Shown here: positions 60,192-64,000 of the stretch, one piece after another
Layout of the letters: each line of letters begins with the position of its first letter
Position numbering within the stretch: position 1 is the first letter of the stretch
Translations under genes and position numbers: made by a program
The notes under the pieces: generated by a model
Told to the model about the DNA's origin: nothing
What the model saw: only the letters and a program-made list of their open reading frames with translations
Databases searched by the model: none
Source of the DNA: a bacterium
GTDB taxonomy: Bacteria; Patescibacteriota; Minisyncoccia; Minisyncoccales; JAGGSE01
Direction: 5' to 3'
Assembly: GCA_021159225.1 (NCBI GenBank)
Contig: JAGGSE010000232.1
Coordinates: 23,015-87,014 of the forward strand
DNA length: 64,000 nucleotides

Positions 60192-60596
60192 TTGTCGGTA
60201 GGAAGAGTGAGTACCTTATTAGGGGTGCTGGTGGGGCTTTGCTCTCTGATAGGAGCTGTAGCGGCAGTGGACTCCCGTTATGCTAAACAGGTGTACGTGG
60301 AGAAAATAGAGCAGCGCTTGGACCAGAAGATATGGTCTGATAGGTATTACCAAATACAGCAGAGAATTTGGCAGCTTCAAGATCGTTACCCAATTCCCCA
60401 AAATATGCCCCAATCTGTGAAGGAGGAGCTGCGTAAACTCAAGTTTCTGAAAGAGCAGATTGAGAGAAAACTGAGAATTCCTGCTGACCAACTAGGGACG
60501 ATAGAACTGGCAGTGGCTCATGCTAAAGCCACTGCCGGCGCCCCTGTACCTCCTAAACGTATTAAAGTTTCCGAGAACTACAGTATGGGAGTGTAG
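60192..60596 (+). CDS. N-terminally anchored coiled-coil protein
   Basis: GGAGG lies 6 nt before TTG 60192. The TM segment is LLGVLVGLCSLIGAVAAV, followed by a helical region. Confidence 0.45.
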   Translation: MSVGRVSTLLGVLVGLCSLIGAVAAVDSRYAKQVYVEKIEQRLDQKIWSDRYYQIQQRIWQLQDRYPIPQNMPQSVKEELRKLKFLKEQIERKLRIPADQLGTIELAVAHAKATAGAPVPPKRIKVSENYSMGV

Positions 60597-60604
60597 GTGA
60601 TGTT

Positions 60605-60790
60605 ATGACGAGTTTGATTATCACAAGAGGTTTTGGAAAATGTAAAGGTGAAGCTCAACCTGTAGTAGTAAGTGGGGGTGAAGTGATTACTCAGGAAAAA
60701 CCCCGAATTTATATTGATAGGTTAGTTACCAAAGATGCTCCTGACACAAGTCAGCTCTTGAAGGTGATTGTGGAGTCGGTACATGATTGA
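60605..60790 (+). CDS. small hypothetical protein
   Basis: The 61-aa ORF is coupled to the next gene. Confidence 0.35.
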   Translation: MTSLIITRGFGKCKGEAQPVVVSGGEVITQEKPRIYIDRLVTKDAPDTSQLLKVIVESVHD

Positions 60791-61136
60791 GGCATATTTA
60801 CAATCTGCAAAAACGTTCGAATTCAGAGTTACCATTGAAGGGGTCCACTACTCCGTACTAACAGCTTATTTAAGAGTGCAAGTCGGTAAAATTGAGCTGG
60901 GGTTTCCTGGTGAAGTCCTACGAGACAAGATCGTTGTTACCATTCCCGCATTACAGAAGTTCGTGAGTCTTGCGCTTGATAGGACTTATAAAGTAAGATT
61001 AGAAGTGATTGGCGGCGGTTTCTATTTGGTTCCTTGGGAAGATAGCATTGTGTTTAAACCTTCGATTGCAGTCAAGAACGTTGAGGTAGTAAATGAGAAG
61101 ACGCCGTGTATAGTTTTGAAAAGGAGGTCAGTATGA
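60783..61136 (+). CDS. hypothetical protein, paralog 1 of a tandem pair
   Basis: It shares blocks with the next gene: GV...YLRV..G.IELGFP...VVTIP...FV...KV.LEV...PWEDSIVFKP. Confidence 0.45.
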   Translation: MIEAYLQSAKTFEFRVTIEGVHYSVLTAYLRVQVGKIELGFPGEVLRDKIVVTIPALQKFVSLALDRTYKVRLEVIGGGFYLVPWEDSIVFKPSIAVKNVEVVNEKTPCIVLKRRSV

Positions 61137-61573
61137 AACTCGCTCCTAACAAACCTTACAACCTCTCCTTCGAATCCGAAATCACGGGAGTTGATACGTC
61201 CAACTTAAAGGGATTCCTGAGAATGTCCATCAATGGCATTGAATATGGAGTTCCTGCTACAATTCGAAAGAACTCGATCGACGTTTCTATCCCACCTTTT
61301 GAGAGCTTTGTTAAGGTCTCTTTCGAGAAGGAATTGAAGGTACCAGTTAAGTTGGAGATAGTAAGCCCTGAATTCTGTTTGTGTGTTTGGGAGGATACAT
61401 TTGTAGTTAAACCTGTAGTTAAAGCTCGTGTCGCCCCAGTAAATATCCAGGGTTCAGGAAAGGTTGTAGTTAAAGGGTTGAAGAAAACTACTGATATTGA
61501 CAAGCAGTTTGAAAGAGCCGGGATTACAGATCCCCGTGTTAAAGAGTTGATCAAAAAGAAGATGAAGAAGTAA
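61133..61573 (+). CDS. hypothetical protein, paralog 2 of a tandem pair
   Basis: AGGAGG lies 6 nt before ATG 61133, with an ATGA overlap. It is collinear with 60783-61136 (GV...FLRM..G.IEYGVP...DVSIP...FV...KLEI...VWEDTFVVKP). Confidence 0.5.
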   Translation: MKLAPNKPYNLSFESEITGVDTSNLKGFLRMSINGIEYGVPATIRKNSIDVSIPPFESFVKVSFEKELKVPVKLEIVSPEFCLCVWEDTFVVKPVVKARVAPVNIQGSGKVVVKGLKKTTDIDKQFERAGITDPRVKELIKKKMKK

Positions 61574-61585
61574 AAGGAGGTTAAC

Positions 61586-61957
61586 ATGATCAAAGTTGAA
61601 GTTCTTGCTAAAGATGGTGGTACTAAAGTGGTAAACCTCACTCGTACCAAAGCGGTACATGAAAGGTGCTTGAACTGTTCCGCGTGGAATGCTTACGCAG
61701 TTTCACAGTGTACCTTTACAGACTGCCCTCTGTACCCTTTCCGAACTGGTAAAGGTGTACGAGGTAGATCCGCTGAGAGAAATAAAGCAATAGTTAGATA
61801 TTGTCAATGGTGTTCAAATAGCAGAACACCTAAAGATTGCACTGCGAGATTGTGCCCTTTATATGTGTACAGAACAGGTCGTATTGATAACAATGTAGTC
61901 CTGGAGAGGGTCAAGAGTCCCCGAGAGTTTCGCTTCAGTAAGAACATGAACGACTAG
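61586..61957 (+). CDS. zinc-binding protein with duplicated Cys4-CPLY motif
   Basis: GGAGG RBS. CLNCSAWNAYAVSQCTFTDCPLYPFRTGKG and CQWCSNSRTPKDCTARLCPLYVYRTGR are two copies of CxxC-x(n)-C-x(4,5)-CPLY.(F/Y)RTG. Confidence 0.5.
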   Translation: MIKVEVLAKDGGTKVVNLTRTKAVHERCLNCSAWNAYAVSQCTFTDCPLYPFRTGKGVRGRSAERNKAIVRYCQWCSNSRTPKDCTARLCPLYVYRTGRIDNNVVLERVKSPREFRFSKNMND

Positions 61958-62114
61958 TATAAAATTTTCTTTTTCCACTACAACGAACTTACCCCACACC
62001 CTCGGGTATAACTAAGTATAGGTTGAGCGTTACCTGCGATTTAAGTGCCAAAGGTATGCGCACTTCTGGGCTAAAAATCGATTTTTACAAGCAACTGAAG
62101 ATCACGTCTCCCCC

Positions 62115-62143
62115 TTGCTTTTACGACACGTTAACGTAATAAT
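62115..62143 (+). promoter_or_regulatory. promoter candidate in the 265-nt gap
   Basis: TTGCTT (62115-62120), a 17-nt spacer and AATAAT (62138-62143). The -35 context CCTTGCTTTT matches the box at 24446-24454. Confidence 0.3.
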
Positions 62144-62222
62144 CACTATTGACATCCCTCTTTGCTTAGAAAGGGAGAAACCTTGCAGACTTGAAATTAG
62201 GTAAAAACTTAGGAGGAAGCTT

Positions 62223-62408
62223 GTGAAACAAACACGAAAAGTCAAGGTATTTGATCTCTCGAGGTTGATCGACGACGAGTGGATTCACAAGGCTCCACAT
62301 GAAGGAGTTCCCTTTACTACGTTGATAGGCGACGCTATTTCGCTGACTCCTATCTCAGAAGCGCGTCTGCTACGTCGTAAACTCAAGAGAAGGGAGAGGA
62401 GGAAATGA
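62223..62408 (+). CDS. small hypothetical protein
   Basis: AGGAGG lies 6 nt before GTG 62223. The 61-aa product has a basic C-terminus. Confidence 0.4.
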   Translation: MKQTRKVKVFDLSRLIDDEWIHKAPHEGVPFTTLIGDAISLTPISEARLLRRKLKRRERRK

Positions 62409-63724
62409 ACTACTTTCGCACTTCTTTTTTCCACAAGATTCGCAACAAACTTTTCAGGATCTACTTGAATGGAAGTGGAGAAGAGGGTGTCTTCATTACA
62501 AAGGGAGGTCGGAGGATATTCCTAAAGTTAAAGTCCAAGGGAGCTCGCGTCAACGAGCAACGTGTTAAATACTGGATGGATAGAATTGACGAAGTAGGAC
62601 TATACAAGCTGGTAAAGGATCGTAACTTTAAAACCTTCTTAGGGAACACAGGAAAATATGTACATCCTCTCTTCTCAGAACTATATCGTACTTGGCCAAA
62701 CAAACAGGATAAGTTGTGGTATAGGAAGTTGATCGAGAACTGGCATTGGAACCGTTCTAGAGCTAGGGATACTCTACAGAAGCTAGTTTCTGGGGAACTT
62801 AAGAACCCTTTTTGGGATGAAGTATCCGCACTGAACAGGGCACTTTTGCTAAAAGAGTCTAAGGAACTACCTCGTATTACTTTGTACAGAGGTGTGTGGG
62901 TTTCAACCCCTTATTCGCCAACCTACGCGCACCATATGATCCAGTTTTTTGCAGACTTAAAAGAGATGCAACTCAACCCACAGAAGTACATTCTCAAGGA
63001 CTTCCCGTTCGCATCTTTTTCAACCCTTCAAAGTCAGGCTCAGAAGTTTGGAATGGTCGATCACGCCAAAATCCCTGTCTCCCGTATTGTTGGGCACTAT
63101 AGGATTGGTTTTGGTTCAACAAGAGAGAAGGAATTTATCGTCCGTACATCGTACAGGAGAGTTCCTGAGTTAATAACACGGGCAAGTTCGAGTTTAAAGA
63201 GCGCGAAGAAGTGGCCGGACATACAGTATTCCCCACTCCCGGAGACCGCTACTAGAGTTTACAGGTTTAATAGAGAAGTGTTCTCTGAAGTACCTTTTCG
63301 GAGGAACTTCGCTTTTCGCGAAATTCGCCTAGTAACACACGCGGGTGACACTGATTACGTAGCGGGCTCCCACCGCATTCACTACGTAACACTTCAATTT
63401 AACAGCGCGTTCTATGACCGAACAAAAACGTTTTTAGAATCCATGCAAGTCTTAAACAGGGAATGGGTGTTTTACGTTAAGAATCGAGACGACGCCCTCG
63501 AACTCTACTCAACTTTCTGTGATCAACTGACTCGCGGCCGTAGCCGTGATCTTGTTTCCAACATCCCCAAAGTAATTGATCGAGTTACGAAAAACTACGA
63601 CTTAGAGTGGTATTTTGCAATTCCAACTACTCCTAAGAGTCTGCTCACGTCTCCATTTAGTACTACCAAAGACACGACGCACGCTTTTTACTTCGCCTCA
63701 AGGGATATACTCAAACCCTTCTAA
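62405..63724 (+). CDS. ADP-ribosyltransferase-like protein (R-S-E class) with N-terminal FITKGGRRIFL motif
   Basis: ITLYRGV supplies the Arg, FASFSTLQS the STS-like turn and REKEFIVR the ExE, with about 45 and 40 aa spacings. The layout resembles C3/VIP2/Alt-type ARTs. Confidence 0.55.
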   Translation: MNYFRTSFFHKIRNKLFRIYLNGSGEEGVFITKGGRRIFLKLKSKGARVNEQRVKYWMDRIDEVGLYKLVKDRNFKTFLGNTGKYVHPLFSELYRTWPNKQDKLWYRKLIENWHWNRSRARDTLQKLVSGELKNPFWDEVSALNRALLLKESKELPRITLYRGVWVSTPYSPTYAHHMIQFFADLKEMQLNPQKYILKDFPFASFSTLQSQAQKFGMVDHAKIPVSRIVGHYRIGFGSTREKEFIVRTSYRRVPELITRASSSLKSAKKWPDIQYSPLPETATRVYRFNREVFSEVPFRRNFAFREIRLVTHAGDTDYVAGSHRIHYVTLQFNSAFYDRTKTFLESMQVLNREWVFYVKNRDDALELYSTFCDQLTRGRSRDLVSNIPKVIDRVTKNYDLEWYFAIPTTPKSLLTSPFSTTKDTTHAFYFASRDILKPF

Positions 63725-63788
63725 AATAGTAATCCCACAAAAGGGAACTGAGTTCAATTTTACTAAGTGTTTAAATTTATTTGAGTTA

Positions 63789-64000
63789 CTATCGACCCTG
63801 TTTACTTCCATAGGCAACGTAACTGCCTCGGGTCAACAACTGTTTCTTAGAGAGCCACTGAATTCGCTTTTCCCATCTATCGAGCTCGACCTCTTCCTTG
63901 AACCCTCCGAGGCCAAAGTTTGATACCTTTACTCCATTCCAGGAAATACTCCTTTCTATAACTAGAAGTTCCTGTACGGTGAAGTTACCTCCCTCGAAGC
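63789..64000 (-). CDS. 3' end of a - strand gene entering from the right edge (partial)
   Basis: The reverse-complement frame is open from the window edge to TAG (complement of 63789-63791). It reads ...FEGGNFTVQELLVIERSISWNGVKVSNFGLGGFKEEVELDRWEKRIQWLSKKQLLTRGSYVAYGSKQGR*. It is absent from the ORF track because no start lies inside the window. Confidence 0.45.
   Translation of the reverse strand, partial: FEGGNFTVQELLVIERSISWNGVKVSNFGLGGFKEEVELDRWEKRIQWLSKKQLLTRGSYVAYGSKQGR

Noticed and set aside
61156-61650. 164-aa - strand ORF
   Set aside because: It is entirely antisense to the well-supported, RBS-preceded gene 61133-61573. It has low-complexity Ser/Thr/Phe composition and no RBS, so it is the kind of shadow ORF that arises opposite a coding strand.
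62147-62183. TTGACA hexamer followed by a partial inverted repeat (CCCT...AGGG), considered as a promoter/operator
   Set aside because: No acceptable -10 element lies 16-18 nt downstream, and the inverted repeat has several mismatches. The neighbouring TTGCTT-N17-AATAAT site is the better promoter candidate.
63615-63923. 102-aa + strand ORF after the ART-like gene
   Set aside because: It overlaps the end of 62405-63724 and has no RBS. It is antisense to a protein-like - strand frame that runs off the window.

Overview
The window reads as one contiguous piece of a tailed dsDNA bacteriophage or prophage interior. It holds about 75 tightly packed genes, nearly all on the + strand. GGAGG-type ribosome-binding sites, frequent GTG/TTG starts and ATGA/TAATG start-stop overlaps recur throughout. 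I found no rRNA, tRNA, CRISPR array, integrase or reverse transcriptase.

Layout:
- 1-14.5 kb: early/auxiliary arm. It encodes a DHH phosphoesterase, a KH RNA-binding protein, an ATP-dependent DNA ligase (- strand), glycosyltransferases, SAM methyltransferases and an ATP-grasp ligase. It also encodes a tandem AdoMetDC pair, an intein-containing MBL-fold hydrolase, an HExxH protein, an SDR-like protein, a REC-GAF response regulator and a - strand nucleotidyltransferase.
- 14.5-31 kb: head module. It encodes a portal-MuF-zincin fusion carrying a second intein, a large terminase, a LigD-phosphoesterase-like protein, a prohead protease-scaffold and a major capsid protein. Connector genes, a GT2-TPR glycosyltransferase and a LAGLIDADG homing endonuclease next to the tail tube gene complete it.
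- 31-57 kb: siphovirus-type tail module. It encodes G/T chaperones, a 2205-aa tape measure and paralogous post-tape-measure proteins. It also encodes a 1330-aa LamG/DUF2341 protein, a GT9-like transferase and a GTA/lambda-like hub set. Lysis-type genes and a beta-helix tailspike with a long degenerate repeat rod follow.
- 57-64 kb: accessory arm. It holds decayed genes, an AT-rich island interrupted by one in-frame TAA, small paralog families and an R-S-E ADP-ribosyltransferase-like gene. A - strand gene enters from the right edge.

Most notable observations:
- An 11-residue N-terminal motif ([WF]ITKGGRR[IV]F[IL]) is shared by three unrelated enzymes.
- Two homologous endonuclease-less mini-inteins each split a catalytic or metal-binding motif.
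- The tail tube gene may be split by a homing-endonuclease-carrying intron.
- An active AdoMetDC sits next to a processing-site-mutated paralog.
- Glycosyltransferases are embedded in the structural modules.

All family calls rest on motifs read by eye from the translations. No database search was run.
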